This document shows, in pieces, positions 27,738 through 39,121 of a stretch of DNA of 64,000 bases. A program made the translations under genes and the position numbers. Where the stretch lies: assembly GCA_963667035.1 (NCBI GenBank), contig OY762964.1, positions 1,792,001 to 1,856,000 of the forward strand, given 5' to 3'. The notes beneath the pieces were generated by a model. The model was not told where the DNA came from. It ran no database searches and worked only from the letters and a program-made list of their open reading frames with translations. Every line of letters begins with the position of its first letter. The first letter of the stretch is position 1. The DNA is from Candidatus Cloacimonadales bacterium (GTDB taxonomy: Bacteria > Cloacimonadota > Cloacimonadia > Cloacimonadales > JAFGVF01).

Positions 27738-28177
27738 TGATTAATCGAATTGCAGAAGAAATTAAGATGGCAATGAGAGCCAAAGACCAAGCAAGATTAT
27801 TGGTTTTACGCTCTATCAAAACAGCCCTGATGAATCTGAAAGTAGAGCTTATGCGTGAGCCTACAGATGAAGAATCTTTAGATATAGTATTCAAAGCTGT
27901 AAAATCACGTGAACAAGCAATAGAGCTTTATGAGCAAGCAGGTCGTACTGATTTAGCTGATAAAGAAAAAGCAGAGATAGAAATTGTACAAGAATTTCTA
28001 CCCAAAATGCTTACTGAAGATGAATTAAAAGCTGAAGTCAATCAGGCATGTGATGAGTTGGAAGCGACTTCCATGAAAGACATGGGAAAAGTCATGAAAT
28101 ACTTGAACGACAAACTTGGTAAAAGAGCTGATGGTAAAACCATGAGCGGGTTTGTTCGAGCAAGGCTAGCAAATTAG
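27737..28177 (+). CDS. GatB/YqeY domain protein
   Basis: AM.AKD..RL..LR.IK, AGR.DLA.KE, FLP, MKDMGKVM. Confidence 0.93.
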   Translation: MINRIAEEIKMAMRAKDQARLLVLRSIKTALMNLKVELMREPTDEESLDIVFKAVKSREQAIELYEQAGRTDLADKEKAEIEIVQEFLPKMLTEDELKAEVNQACDELEATSMKDMGKVMKYLNDKLGKRADGKTMSGFVRARLAN

Positions 28178-28194
28178 TGCCTATTAAATAATTT

Positions 28195-28218
28195 GGGGGA
28201 AGCAATTCCCCCTTTTTT
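28195..28218 (+). terminator. Intrinsic terminator after rpsU-yqeY
   Basis: GGGGGAA-gcaa-TTCCCCC followed by T6. Confidence 0.75.
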
Positions 28219-28233
28219 AATTTGGAGGGAATC

Positions 28234-28752
28234 ATGAGAATCCTAGATATAGTGTTATACATAATAATGGCAGTAATCACTTTTTATGGCTGGAGGAAAG
28301 GTTTCTTAGCCTCTCTTCTTCAACTTGCCGGAGTTATTGCAGCTTTTCTGTTAGCCGGTAAATACGCCCCACTATTCCAGAATGCCTTAGTTAACAATTT
28401 CGGTATAGGTCCGGGAATCTCAATGTTCTTAGCATATCTGCTTGTGATAATCATCATCCTGCTGATTATTCAAGTTATCAGACTACTATTGGAGAGCTTG
28501 GTGAAAGCTCTTAATCTGACTATTGTGAACAGAATACTAGGAGCTATGTTTGCTTTCATTAACGGTACTTTACTCTTTGTTGTAATACTGACATTTATAG
28601 AGATTTCTCCGATTAGAGATTCTTTCGTTGAGAAAACAGCTAACTCTAAATTCATAACTGCAACCAGAAATGTAAAGACCGAATTACTACAGATTATTAA
28701 TAAAAATGATATTAGGTTTATCTACAAAAACGATGATACTCAAAGCATTTAA
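28234..28752 (+). CDS. cvpA: CvpA (colicin V production) family membrane protein
   Basis: LD......G..KGF, NRILGA.F motifs; upstream of mutS2. Confidence 0.8.
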   Translation: MRILDIVLYIIMAVITFYGWRKGFLASLLQLAGVIAAFLLAGKYAPLFQNALVNNFGIGPGISMFLAYLLVIIIILLIIQVIRLLLESLVKALNLTIVNRILGAMFAFINGTLLFVVILTFIEISPIRDSFVEKTANSKFITATRNVKTELLQIINKNDIRFIYKNDDTQSI

Positions 28753-31100
28753 TGGATTATATTAAACAACTTGAATACGATAAGATAAAAGAAATTCTGG
28801 CTAATGCATGCCAAAGTCAACCCGGTAGAGAAATTGCTTTAAAACTAAGACCGGAAAAAAGTAAACAATATGCTGTTTTAAAACTTCAAAGAGCACAAGA
28901 AACAATGGAATTGCTATCCTATGGTCATAGTGTTAATTTTGAAGAGTTAACTGTTATTGACTATATCTTTGAAGAACCTTTCCATGGAGTACTAAACTAT
29001 GAGGAGTTCAAAGATATTTGCAGTAATATTGTTATTGCCAATATACTGAAAAGTAAAGAGAAAGAGTTTGAACCTTATGAGCTGACTTCATCAAGAATAC
29101 GCAAAGTAATTGGTCTTCCCCACTTGGAAGAAAAGTTTAAAAAGACATTCTCACCCGAAGGCGAGATTCTTGATACGGCTTCAAGCAATCTTAGAAGTAT
29201 TCGTAAAAATAAACAGAAAACCAGAAACGACATAATGAAGATTCTCAATTTCAAACTGAATGACTCAAGTTCTCAGAAATTCATTCAGGAGAAAATAATT
29301 ACTCAAAGAGACGACCGTTATGTTATTCCTGTTAAAGAGAGTTCCGCTCCCTTTGTTAAAGGGATTGTTCAAGGCAGATCTACCAGTAAATCCTCTGTAT
29401 ATGTTGAACCGGAAGAAGTCGTCGGAAGTAATAATACTCTACGACTACTCTCGGAACAAGAGAAGCAGGAAATATATAAAATACTTAAACAGTTTACCGA
29501 GGATATTCTTCAGGTTAAAGAATCAATTCTTGAAAATACAAAGCTGTTAGCTGAATTTGATTATTACTTTGCTATTGCCGGATATGCTAAGAGATTTAAG
29601 GCAGAAGTTCCCAAGCTTGTGGATGAACCTAAATTAAAGTTGATTCATGCCAGACACCCCCTTTTAATACATAAGTTTAAGAGCATTGAGAAAGTGATAC
29701 CTTTTGACCTTGAACTGGGAAGCGACTTCAATCTGTTAATTCTTTCAGGACCAAATACAGGCGGTAAAACCATCACAATGAAAGCCGTCGGACTATTGAC
29801 TATGATGGCATTATCAGGATTACCTATCCCTGCTTACGAGGAAAGTGAGATTGGACTCTTTAAAGCTTTCTATACTGACATAGGCGATGGACAATCATTA
29901 GAAGATTCTTTGAGTACCTTTTCTTCTCATATAGCCAACATAAAATTCATGCTGGAGAAAGCTAGAAGTAAATCGTTAGTCTTAATTGACGAGATTGGTG
30001 CAGCAACCGATCCGGAACAGGGTTCAGCAATCGCACAGGCTGTCCTTGAAACTTTAGCAAAGAAGAATGTGAAAGGAATTATAACTACTCACTATACAGC
30101 TCTTAAAGTATTTGCCGAACAATCCGATTTGTGTATGAATGCATCAATGCAATTTGATGCAAAGAAACATACTCCGACATATAAGTTTGTTCCCGGACTA
30201 CCCGGAGACAGTTTTGCAATTGAAGTTGCCGAGAATCTCGGTATGAAGAAAGATTTCATTGAAAGAGCTAAGCACCTGGCTGGTACTCAAAACATAGAGT
30301 TTACTGAAATCCTCAGTAAATTGGAAGAGCAGAAGAAGCTACATGCAAGACAGAAGTATGAATTTGAGCTAAAAACCCGACTTCATGAGAAGAAGATAAA
30401 AGAGCTCAATGACAAAATTGGTCAAATCGAAGAAGAGAAAGCCGTTATAAGAAAGAAAGCTCTGAAAGATGCCAGAGATTACCTGACAACAATGCAGAAA
30501 GAGCTTAATAATGATTTATCTGAGATAAGAAAACTTGATAAACAGGAAAGAAGACAGAGAAGTAAGCTGTCTTTGAATAAAGTTGTGAAGCTTCAGAAAA
30601 TTGTTAAAGAAGAGTTTGATGAGATAGACCCTCAAGGTAGAGGAAGAATAAAGAATCCTGAAGTTGGGCAAAGAGTATGGCTAGCTAATTTTGAGACTGA
30701 AGCCAGAGTTACAGAAGTAAAAAACAATAAAGTTATTGTTGACATGGATGGAATTGCCTTCACTACTGAAATAGGAAATTTATACACACCGAACATTCAA
30801 GCTGATCCGAAGAAAACAGAAGCATTAGTGCGACAACCCGATACTAGTGAGAAAAGCTTTAAAACTGAATTAAAGCTATTGGGATTAACTTTTGCCGATG
30901 CACAACCGTTGATTGATGAGTTTATCGATAATGCTGTACTTGGGGGATTAAACAAATTGAGAATAGTTCATGGGAAAGGAACAGGAGTCTTAAGGAACAA
31001 AGTTAGATACTATCTGAAAAGAATGAAGCAAGTAAAGTCTATTCATACACCTACAGCAGATGTAGGCGGAGATGGAGTCACTATTGTGGTATTAAAATAA
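28752..31100 (+). CDS. mutS2: Endonuclease MutS2
   Basis: GPNTGGKT, SLSTFSSH, DE.G..TDP.QG, KOW domain, Smr domain (IVHGKGTG.LR). Confidence 0.95.
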   Translation: MDYIKQLEYDKIKEILANACQSQPGREIALKLRPEKSKQYAVLKLQRAQETMELLSYGHSVNFEELTVIDYIFEEPFHGVLNYEEFKDICSNIVIANILKSKEKEFEPYELTSSRIRKVIGLPHLEEKFKKTFSPEGEILDTASSNLRSIRKNKQKTRNDIMKILNFKLNDSSSQKFIQEKIITQRDDRYVIPVKESSAPFVKGIVQGRSTSKSSVYVEPEEVVGSNNTLRLLSEQEKQEIYKILKQFTEDILQVKESILENTKLLAEFDYYFAIAGYAKRFKAEVPKLVDEPKLKLIHARHPLLIHKFKSIEKVIPFDLELGSDFNLLILSGPNTGGKTITMKAVGLLTMMALSGLPIPAYEESEIGLFKAFYTDIGDGQSLEDSLSTFSSHIANIKFMLEKARSKSLVLIDEIGAATDPEQGSAIAQAVLETLAKKNVKGIITTHYTALKVFAEQSDLCMNASMQFDAKKHTPTYKFVPGLPGDSFAIEVAENLGMKKDFIERAKHLAGTQNIEFTEILSKLEEQKKLHARQKYEFELKTRLHEKKIKELNDKIGQIEEEKAVIRKKALKDARDYLTTMQKELNNDLSEIRKLDKQERRQRSKLSLNKVVKLQKIVKEEFDEIDPQGRGRIKNPEVGQRVWLANFETEARVTEVKNNKVIVDMDGIAFTTEIGNLYTPNIQADPKKTEALVRQPDTSEKSFKTELKLLGLTFADAQPLIDEFIDNAVLGGLNKLRIVHGKGTGVLRNKVRYYLKRMKQVKSIHTPTADVGGDGVTIVVLK

Positions 31101-32824
31101 TGGAACATTCACTTATTGAAGAGATAAGACAAGCAAATAATATTGTTGATGTTATCTCAAGCTACATTCCAATCAAGAGAAGTGGAAGCAGTTTCAAAGC
31201 TTTATGTCCTTTTCATGATGATAAACACCCCTCTATGATGATTAGCCCTCAGAAGCAGATATTTAAGTGTTTCGTATGTGGAAAGGGAGGTAATGTCTTT
31301 ACTTTTGTTCAAGAGTACGAACATATCTCTTTCATTGAAGCTGTTCACAAGCTAGCCGAAAGAGTCGGTATTACTATAGAGGAAACCAAACAAACTAAAG
31401 TAGTAAGAACTCGCAACCAATTGTTATTGGAGGCTTATGACGAGACTAAGAGCTATTTCAAGGATAATCTGAGTAACTTTGGAGATTCTGTAACAGAGTA
31501 TTTGATTAATCGCGGAATCGAAAAAGATGTGATAGATAATTTCGACATTGGTTATTCTTTGAATAGTTTTAACGGGTTAAAGAATCATCTTTTAAAAAAG
31601 CATTTTGGAACTGATATTTTGAAAGAATCCGGACTATTCGGATTTAATCAGAATGGTGCATTTGACCTCTTTAGAGAAAGACTGATGTTCCCTATTCACT
31701 CTTCAAGTGGTAAAGTTGTTGCTTTTGGTGGCAGAAAACTCAGTGAAGACCAACCCGGAGGCAAGTACATTAATTCACCCACTACCCCTTTATACACAAA
31801 GGGTAAAGAGTTATACGGATTCTTCTTAACCAAATTCGAAATCAATAAGCTTGACTATGCTATCGTTTGCGAAGGCTACATGGACTTTCTAAGATTATAC
31901 AGTTCAGGCTTTAAGAATTGTGTCGCATCATTAGGAACCGCACTAACGGAAGAGCAACTGAAACTATTAAAACAGTTCTCTAGTAGAATATTTCTAGCGT
32001 ATGATGGAGATGATGCCGGTATTAAAGCTGCGATACGGGGAGCAATAATAGCATTGGGTACCGGATTCAAACCGTATATTATTGAGTTTCCGGAAGGAGA
32101 AGACCCTGACAGTTACCTTCTTAAGATGGGAAATGACAGTTTTCGGTCTTTAATTGATAAAGCATTGCCATTTATAGATTTTTACTCTTTAACGGACAAA
32201 ATAAAACTTGACAAAAAGGGTAGATTAAACGAATTACTTCAAGTCTTTAATAGTATCTCCGATGAGATAGCAAAAGATTTGCTAGTCAAGGAGATATCCG
32301 ATTCTTTCAAGGTAAAAGAGAGCTCAATAAGAAAGAGCTTATCGGGAAAGAATAGGCAAAGAAAGAGTTCCGAACATGAAGTCAGAAATGAGTCTGTTAC
32401 GAAGTTTACTGAAGAGAAATATGTACTTATAGCGACAATAAATGAGAATCTTTATGAACATCTACTTGAAGAAGTAGATGAGAGTTATTTCTTTGTAGAA
32501 AAATACAGAAAAATTTTTGATTTCATAAATGTTAATTATAATGATATAATGGGGATTAATGAGCCTTCAGCAATACTGAATCTCACAGAAGATCCTGAAC
32601 TCCTAAGTACTTTGAGTGAACTAATCTATGAGGAGTCACCGATAGCTCCCATTGATAAGTTCATTATTGAGATGAAGCTTAGAAAACTCAAAGAAGACTT
32701 TGATGTGGTAAGTAATAAGATTACTCAAGATCCAGATAACCAAAGTTTGTACACGGAAAAAGAGTATTTACGAACCCAGATTCGATTACTTGGAAGCCAA
32801 GTAATCAGTAAGACATTACAGTAA
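31100..32824 (+). CDS. dnaG: DNA primase
   Basis: CPFH..CFVC zinc finger, RLMFPI, KYINSP, EGYMD, YDGD.AG, DPD. Confidence 0.96.
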   Translation: MEHSLIEEIRQANNIVDVISSYIPIKRSGSSFKALCPFHDDKHPSMMISPQKQIFKCFVCGKGGNVFTFVQEYEHISFIEAVHKLAERVGITIEETKQTKVVRTRNQLLLEAYDETKSYFKDNLSNFGDSVTEYLINRGIEKDVIDNFDIGYSLNSFNGLKNHLLKKHFGTDILKESGLFGFNQNGAFDLFRERLMFPIHSSSGKVVAFGGRKLSEDQPGGKYINSPTTPLYTKGKELYGFFLTKFEINKLDYAIVCEGYMDFLRLYSSGFKNCVASLGTALTEEQLKLLKQFSSRIFLAYDGDDAGIKAAIRGAIIALGTGFKPYIIEFPEGEDPDSYLLKMGNDSFRSLIDKALPFIDFYSLTDKIKLDKKGRLNELLQVFNSISDEIAKDLLVKEISDSFKVKESSIRKSLSGKNRQRKSSEHEVRNESVTKFTEEKYVLIATINENLYEHLLEEVDESYFFVEKYRKIFDFINVNYNDIMGINEPSAILNLTEDPELLSTLSELIYEESPIAPIDKFIIEMKLRKLKEDFDVVSNKITQDPDNQSLYTEKEYLRTQIRLLGSQVISKTLQ

Positions 32825-32833
32825 GGAGCATTA

Positions 32834-34573
32834 ATGCTAAGTTACAACGATTGCGTTAAGAAACTGGCGGAATTAGGAAAAGATACCGGATATATCACTT
32901 ATAAACAAATAAATGAGATATTGCCGGATAGCCCAATTTTCCTCGACAAGATTGATGAAATTATCGTCGAGCTCAATGATGAAGGTATTGAGGTAATTGA
33001 CGAGACTGAAAAAAGAATTACCAAACGCTCCACAACAAAAAAGGCTGCACCGACCAAAAAATATCAATCCAAGCGATATTATGACGACCCCGTTAGAATG
33101 TATCTCAGAGAAATGGGTAGAGTTCCTCTTCTTGATAGAGAAGGTGAGATAAGAATTGCCAAGAAGATAGAAACCGCTCAGAAAATGATTACTCATAATG
33201 TCTATAAATCTGGTAGTACTCTAAGAGAAATGTTTAACTTCCTTTATAGATTCAAAGAAAAGAGAGTTCGCCTTGATCAAATATTTAAAATGGAATTAGG
33301 TAGCTGGATGGATAAATCTCAGGATGAGAAGCTTGTCACCAGATTCTCTAACATTTTAAAGGATACGGAAGTATATTTCAATGAGATAGGTGAAATACTT
33401 GATAATACGGAATATGACGATACCGGAATTGCAGAGAGACAAGAAGAAATCGATTCAAAGAGAAATTATATAGTAGAACAATACAGTACCCTCTCCTTTA
33501 ACGATAAACTTATCAAACGTATGGTATACCGTGTCAAAAGCCTTGTTGATAGAATTGAAGAAAGCAATAAAGCTATTAGTGATCTTACAAGGATTAAACG
33601 TTATACTATTGATGAGATCTGCACTTACGGCAGAAGAGCCAAGAAATCAGATGAAGACTTTATTGAAGTTAAAGAAGAGACAAACGTTGATCCTACCCTC
33701 TTTATCGAAACTTTGAGAAAAATTAAAAATGCAAGACGTAAAATCAGACGTGTTGAGCTTGAAACTAGAATGACTGCTAACGAGTTAATATTTCTTTCCA
33801 GGGAGATTAGTCGTGGTGAAAAGATGAAAGAGAAAGCTCAGAATGACATGATTGAGGCTAATGTACGACTTGTTATAAGTATTGCAAAAAGATACAATAA
33901 TCGCGGGCTTGATTTCCTTGATTTAATTCAAGAAGGTAATACAGGTCTTATGCGGGCAGTTGAGAAGTACGATTATCGTAAAGGTTATAAATTCAGTACC
34001 TATGCTACTTGGTGGATTAGACAAGCTATTACAAGAGCTATAGCCGATCAGGCTAGAACTATTCGTGTTCCTGTTCACATGATAGAATCCATCAATAAAA
34101 TCAATAGAACAAGTCGTAGGCTAATGCAGAAATTGGGAAGAGATCCATATCCTGAAGAGATTGCAGCAGCTCTCGACATGCCGGTAGAGAAAGTTAAGAG
34201 TATTCTTTCAATTTCTAAAGAACCTGTTTCTTTGGATAAACCTATCGGTAACGACAATGAAGATAGCATTCTTGGTGATTTCATTGAAGATAAGTCAACA
34301 ATCACTCCTGAACGTATGGCTGAGAGAACTCTTTTAAAGAAGCAGGTTGATGAGGTACTTCAAACACTCACAGCAAGAGAAGAAAAGGTTATTAGACTGC
34401 GTTTCGGTATTGATGACGGCTTCCATAGAACATTGGAAGAAGTCGGGCATATCTTCGGAGTTACAAGAGAACGAATAAGACAGATAGAGGATAAAGCTCT
34501 TAAAAAGTTAAGGCATCCTACAAGAAGTCAACAACTTCACGAATTCTTCCGTAACTTTAATGTTAAGGAATAA
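32834..34573 (+). CDS. rpoD: Primary sigma factor RpoD
   Basis: [45 protein letters not shown]. Confidence 0.97.
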   Translation: MLSYNDCVKKLAELGKDTGYITYKQINEILPDSPIFLDKIDEIIVELNDEGIEVIDETEKRITKRSTTKKAAPTKKYQSKRYYDDPVRMYLREMGRVPLLDREGEIRIAKKIETAQKMITHNVYKSGSTLREMFNFLYRFKEKRVRLDQIFKMELGSWMDKSQDEKLVTRFSNILKDTEVYFNEIGEILDNTEYDDTGIAERQEEIDSKRNYIVEQYSTLSFNDKLIKRMVYRVKSLVDRIEESNKAISDLTRIKRYTIDEICTYGRRAKKSDEDFIEVKEETNVDPTLFIETLRKIKNARRKIRRVELETRMTANELIFLSREISRGEKMKEKAQNDMIEANVRLVISIAKRYNNRGLDFLDLIQEGNTGLMRAVEKYDYRKGYKFSTYATWWIRQAITRAIADQARTIRVPVHMIESINKINRTSRRLMQKLGRDPYPEEIAAALDMPVEKVKSILSISKEPVSLDKPIGNDNEDSILGDFIEDKSTITPERMAERTLLKKQVDEVLQTLTAREEKVIRLRFGIDDGFHRTLEEVGHIFGVTRERIRQIEDKALKKLRHPTRSQQLHEFFRNFNVKE

Positions 34574-34641
34574 TATATTATCGTCATATTATACTTGACA
34601 GGTCAACACATATAAAAAAGTTATGTTACTGATAATTAAAT

Positions 34642-34717
34642 GGACCTATAGCTCAGCTGGTAGAGCTTCCGGCTCATAACCGGACGGTCAGAGGTTCGAC
34701 TCCTCTTGGGTCCACCA
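34642..34717 (+). tRNA. tRNA with CAT anticodon, most likely tRNA-Ile2 (lysidine)
   Basis: GGACCTA/TGGGTCC + ACCA; stem TCCGG/CCGGA, loop CTCATAA; Ile2-like body and rpoD-adjacent position; lacks initiator features. Confidence 0.88.
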
Positions 34718-34746
34718 GTTTATAATCCCGAAAGGGTACATAGATA

Positions 34747-34778
34747 AAAAGTCCACATCTAGTGGACTTTTCTTTTTT
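34747..34778 (+). terminator. Intrinsic terminator after tRNA-Ile2
   Basis: AAAAGTCCAC-atcta-GTGGACTTTT followed by a T run. Confidence 0.8.
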
Positions 34779-34924
34779 ATGAAGTAATACTTGCTTTCCC
34801 TTAATATGCTTATTTGATTCCAATAAAAAAAAGCATGTTTCTCATCCTTAAACATAAATATAATGTAGACATAAAGAAAAGGGTTATATTTATTATGTTT
34901 AGGATTATAGACAAGGCGGGTAAA

Positions 34925-36013
34925 ATGAAAGACAATTTGTTGGAATACATAGAAAGCCATTATAAAACACCTGTTGATTATGTATTAAGTAAATTTGAAA
35001 CGCATGATATAGTAATTCTTGGTGAAATACATAGAGTAAAGCAGCAATTAAATCTATATCATCAACTCATTCCTCTCTTGATAGAGAATGGTGTAAATAT
35101 CATTGCTACAGAATTTGCTCGTAGGGAAATGCAACCAGAGTTAGATAAATTAGTTACTTCTAAGGAATATGATTTAGATTTAGCAAAATACATAACTATA
35201 AAACAAGAAGCTTATTGGGGATTTCAAGAGTATCTTGATATTTATTATCTGGTCTGGAAGTATAATCTGAATAAACCTAGGATAGAGCAAATCAGAATGA
35301 TTGGTCTTAATGATCCAATTAAGTGGAACGTTTATAACAATATTTGTAGAAAGTATAATAGAAAACCGAACAATGAAGAGCTGAAATATATTTGGAAAGA
35401 TTGTGGTGAAAAGTATTGGTTAGATGCTATAAATAATAATTGTTCGATAGGCAAGGATAAGGTACTCGCTATAATGGGATCTCATCATGCTTTTACTAAG
35501 TACAAATTGCCACTCTTTGAAGTACAACAAGGTAAAATAATCCATAAAGGATTTAGTAAAAACTGCTTTGGTAACTACCTTTTTGAAGAATATGGAAATA
35601 GAGTATTTAATATTTGTTTCCATGACCCTTGGCAGCATAAATTTGATAGTAACAAATCAGTACAGCCTGTAGAAGGTATCAATGAAGAAGTAATCTCACC
35701 TAAATATCAGAGCATCGGGTTTGATTTAAAAGATTCTCCGTTTGGTGAATTACCTAGCAATGATTGTATTTATAGCATAGGTTTGCCTGAATATACTATA
35801 AGCAATATGTTTGATGGCTATATTTATACGGGACCACTGAAAGACCTTGCTCCGGTAACTCCTGTTGAAGATTTCTATACAGAAGAAAACTTTTTCTTGT
35901 TTGAGAAGTATACACCTTTCAATGAAGATTATGGTAAAACATATAAAGAAGTTAATCAATCTATTATAGATGATGCAAAGAATATACTAAATTATATTCA
36001 GGACTTTATGTAA
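34925..36013 (+). CDS. EreA/ChaN-like superfamily hypothetical protein
   Basis: IVILGE.H, IATEF, MGSHH and FDGYIY motifs; start taken at ATG 34925. Confidence 0.6.
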   Translation: MKDNLLEYIESHYKTPVDYVLSKFETHDIVILGEIHRVKQQLNLYHQLIPLLIENGVNIIATEFARREMQPELDKLVTSKEYDLDLAKYITIKQEAYWGFQEYLDIYYLVWKYNLNKPRIEQIRMIGLNDPIKWNVYNNICRKYNRKPNNEELKYIWKDCGEKYWLDAINNNCSIGKDKVLAIMGSHHAFTKYKLPLFEVQQGKIIHKGFSKNCFGNYLFEEYGNRVFNICFHDPWQHKFDSNKSVQPVEGINEEVISPKYQSIGFDLKDSPFGELPSNDCIYSIGLPEYTISNMFDGYIYTGPLKDLAPVTPVEDFYTEENFFLFEKYTPFNEDYGKTYKEVNQSIIDDAKNILNYIQDFM

Positions 36014-36116
36014 TAGTTATCTAGTCGCTACAATAATGATGAGAAAAGAGATAACTAATAATAGTTTCGATGTCTCAGGTGAAAAAATGAGTATCACTCT
36101 ATATCTTTGCTATTTC

Positions 36117-37223
36117 TTAAATCTTATCCAACAAAGATGAATAAATTCCTACTCCAATCTCAATAGCTTTAGCATCAGGTAAGAAATGCGGAGAGTGTAA
36201 TCCGTAATTAGATACTCCTGTTCCTAACCAGAAGAGTAAAGATGGATATATTGACGAATAGAAGCCAAAATCTTCACCTGTCATAACAGTTTCAGCCTCC
36301 ATGAATGTAACATTCGGTAATCCAATAATTGCATCTTTAAATGTATTATAGAGATTATCATTATTGTTAACTGCATCATAGACTGAGACCTCTTGGAATT
36401 TATACTCGGCTCCGGTCATACTCTCTACCGCCTTTCCGGTTGAATGAATCAACTCATCCATTAGCCTATGATTCTCTGCAGACAGAGTTCGATGTGTTCC
36501 TTGTAGCTGAGCTTTACTAGCTAGAATATTCTCAGCATCACCGGAAATAAACTTACCTATATGGAAGATTACGGAATCAGTAGGACTAAACCTTTTTGTA
36601 ATCACTGATTGCATTATGTTATAGAACTGAATCCCCGCATAAATTGCATCAATACCTTTATTAGGAAATGCAGCATGTGAGTTCTTGCCATGAAACTCAA
36701 CAATAAACTCCTCCGGTATCCCAAAGAATATACCCGACTTAGTTGATACCGTTCCTACAGGTAAGTCAGGACTACAATGAAGTGCAAAAGCATTCTTTAT
36801 TGCCCACTTTTCGAGGACTTTACTTTTAATTATATGCTGGGCACCACCCTTTCCTTCCTCTGCCGGTTGAAACAAAAACAGCAGATTCTTCTTCGGTTTC
36901 TGTTTACAAACATGTTGGATAAATCCAATCAAAATTGTAATATGGATATCATGTCCACAAGCATGCATATAACCTTCATGCTTAGAGTGAAACATACATC
37001 CTGTCTTTTCATTTAAAGGCAAGGCATCAATATCGGATCGAAACAGTGAATATTCTCCATCTCCCCCATTGTAAACAGCAAGTAATCCTGTAGGCTTAAG
37101 CTTTATTAATTCAAGTTCTCTAAGACTACTTAAAACGGCATATATATATTCAGTGGTTTTAAACTCTTTAAAAGCAATCTCCGGTATTTTGTGTAAATCC
37201 TCTCTAATTTTGTATAAATCCAT
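36117..37223 (-). CDS. M20 amidohydrolase (N-acetyl-diaminopimelate deacetylase-like)
   Basis: LH.IPE, RSDIDALP, MHACGHD.H, FQPAEEG, GEDFG, LHSP.F; next to asd. Confidence 0.85.
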   Translation of the reverse strand: MDLYKIREDLHKIPEIAFKEFKTTEYIYAVLSSLRELELIKLKPTGLLAVYNGGDGEYSLFRSDIDALPLNEKTGCMFHSKHEGYMHACGHDIHITILIGFIQHVCKQKPKKNLLFLFQPAEEGKGGAQHIIKSKVLEKWAIKNAFALHCSPDLPVGTVSTKSGIFFGIPEEFIVEFHGKNSHAAFPNKGIDAIYAGIQFYNIMQSVITKRFSPTDSVIFHIGKFISGDAENILASKAQLQGTHRTLSAENHRLMDELIHSTGKAVESMTGAEYKFQEVSVYDAVNNNDNLYNTFKDAIIGLPNVTFMEAETVMTGEDFGFYSSIYPSLLFWLGTGVSNYGLHSPHFLPDAKAIEIGVGIYSSLLDKI

Positions 37224-37233
37224 TTCTTATCCT

Positions 37234-38211
37234 TTAAGCATTATTCAACTCATGTAACTTTTTCAAGATTCTTACAGCATTTAAAGCTGCTCCCAGTCTG
37301 ATGTTCTCAGCCACATTCCAGTAAGTTAAAGAGTGCTTATCAACTCCATACCTAAGGCGTGAGACATAGCTATCGGTGCTATTATGTAATTCTATAGGAG
37401 TAATAAAATCGTCATTTTTACATGATACCGCCGGCATGTTATCAAGTGCTTCTATAGCTGTATCTAAATTAACTTCATTCTTGAATTCGCAATAAACAAC
37501 CTCAGAGTGCCCGGAAACAACCGGAACTCTAACAGTTGTAGCAGAGACCAATATATCCTGTCTTCCAAGAATCTTATTAGTTTCAAATCTCATCTTCTCT
37601 TCTTCCTCAGTGTAAAGATCGTCTCTAAACTCACCGATTTTAGGAATTACATTTCTATGTATTGGTCTATTGTATAGAACACAATCATTACTCCCCTTTT
37701 CCTGGTTCTCCAATTCGACTATTCCCTTTCTACCGCTACCCGATACAGACTGATAAGTTGATACAATGACCTTCTTCAATCCAAACTTCTTATCCAAGGC
37801 AGCCAAAGGAAGTACCATTTGAATAGTTGAGCAATTAGGATTAGCAATGATACCTTGGTAGTTTGTTAACACATGTCCATTAATCTCAGGTACAACGAGT
37901 GGAATATTCTTATCCCTACGAAAAGCACTTGAGTTATCAATTATTGTGTTACCATTCGAAGCCGCAATTGGAGAATATTTCGAGGAAACAGAGCTACCGG
38001 CAGAGAATAGTAAATAATCATATTTATCGGTCATTGCTTTTTCCGTGAGTTCTTCAACAATGTATTCTTCTCCAGCATACAATATCTTCTCTCCTGCGGA
38101 TTTAGATGAGGCAAAGAGCTTTAACTCTTTCACAGGGATACTTAATTCTTCCAAGACTCGAAGCATCATCCTTCCAACTTCACCTGTAGCACCAACAACA
38201 CCTATCTTCAT
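37234..38211 (-). CDS. asd: Aspartate-semialdehyde dehydrogenase
   Basis: GATGEVG, DNSSAFR, ANPNCSTIQ, TYQSVSGSG, RVPV..GHS. Confidence 0.95.
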   Translation of the reverse strand: MKIGVVGATGEVGRMMLRVLEELSIPVKELKLFASSKSAGEKILYAGEEYIVEELTEKAMTDKYDYLLFSAGSSVSSKYSPIAASNGNTIIDNSSAFRRDKNIPLVVPEINGHVLTNYQGIIANPNCSTIQMVLPLAALDKKFGLKKVIVSTYQSVSGSGRKGIVELENQEKGSNDCVLYNRPIHRNVIPKIGEFRDDLYTEEEEKMRFETNKILGRQDILVSATTVRVPVVSGHSEVVYCEFKNEVNLDTAIEALDNMPAVSCKNDDFITPIELHNSTDSYVSRLRYGVDKHSLTYWNVAENIRLGAALNAVRILKKLHELNNA

Positions 38212-38996
38212 GATTTTAATCTCCTAAATTCATGTAAGAAACTTTTGACTCTATTAATATCTATTGAGTTACTCCATAATCCTTCTTTCTTAAAATATGA
38301 ACCGACGATAAATCCGTTTGCTAAGTGATAGTAATCTGCTAAATTATCCGCAGTTAATCCTGATCCTATCAATATCGGTAATTCAGTTGTCTCTCTTACT
38401 CTCTTTAACTCTTCTATAGAAGCGGGTACTCCTGTAGAACTACCAGTAATGATTAAACCGTCACTTAGAAAAAACTCGGCAGCATTAGCATGTTCCTCAA
38501 TCAACAAGTCATTTGTTATCATATGTGATGAATGCTTTTTTTTAATATCAGTATAAATACTGACTTTATCCGCTCCTATAGCTTTCCTATATCTTAGAAG
38601 TTCTCCTGCACAACTATTCATTAATCCTTCGTCGGCAATATGACTATAAACATAACCTTCTACTCGAACAAAATCAAGACCGGTTGCAAAGGCAACAGCT
38701 AGAGCTTCTTTATTGCATCCGGCAAGGATTTGAATCCCTATCGGTCTTTCTGTCAGATCTCTTATACTCTTTGCTACAAGAGTCATAGTTGAGACTATCT
38801 CAGGTCCACATTTACTATTAAGATATGGTATATCATGCATATTCTCAATGATAATCCCATCAATACCTTCTTTAACATATTTCTCTGCTTCATTGATTGC
38901 TATCTCAGCTATAACATTAGGTGATAAATTGTTTAATGGTGTTCCCGGCAATGCTCTCACATGCACCATCCCATATACCTTTTTATTTTCATTCAT
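38208..38996 (-). CDS. BtpA/SgcQ family TIM-barrel protein
   Basis: GMVH..ALPGTP, IENMHD.PY, DI.KKH, TG..TG, GSG. Confidence 0.88.
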   Translation of the reverse strand: MNENKKVYGMVHVRALPGTPLNNLSPNVIAEIAINEAEKYVKEGIDGIIIENMHDIPYLNSKCGPEIVSTMTLVAKSIRDLTERPIGIQILAGCNKEALAVAFATGLDFVRVEGYVYSHIADEGLMNSCAGELLRYRKAIGADKVSIYTDIKKKHSSHMITNDLLIEEHANAAEFFLSDGLIITGSSTGVPASIEELKRVRETTELPILIGSGLTADNLADYYHLANGFIVGSYFKKEGLWSNSIDINRVKSFLHEFRRLKS

Positions 38997-39121
38997 AATC
39001 ATTACCTCTTACACCTAATAAAAACTTTGTTTTAATTAAGGCAAGCAAATAAAGATTCAAGTTTATGATGAGTAAAACTAAGCTTTGTAATTTCAACTTA
39101 TCCTAAAACTTACATTAAAGT

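Noticed and set aside
34642..36110. Integrative element at tRNA-Ile2
   Set aside because: No integrase and no duplicated tRNA 3' end found downstream.
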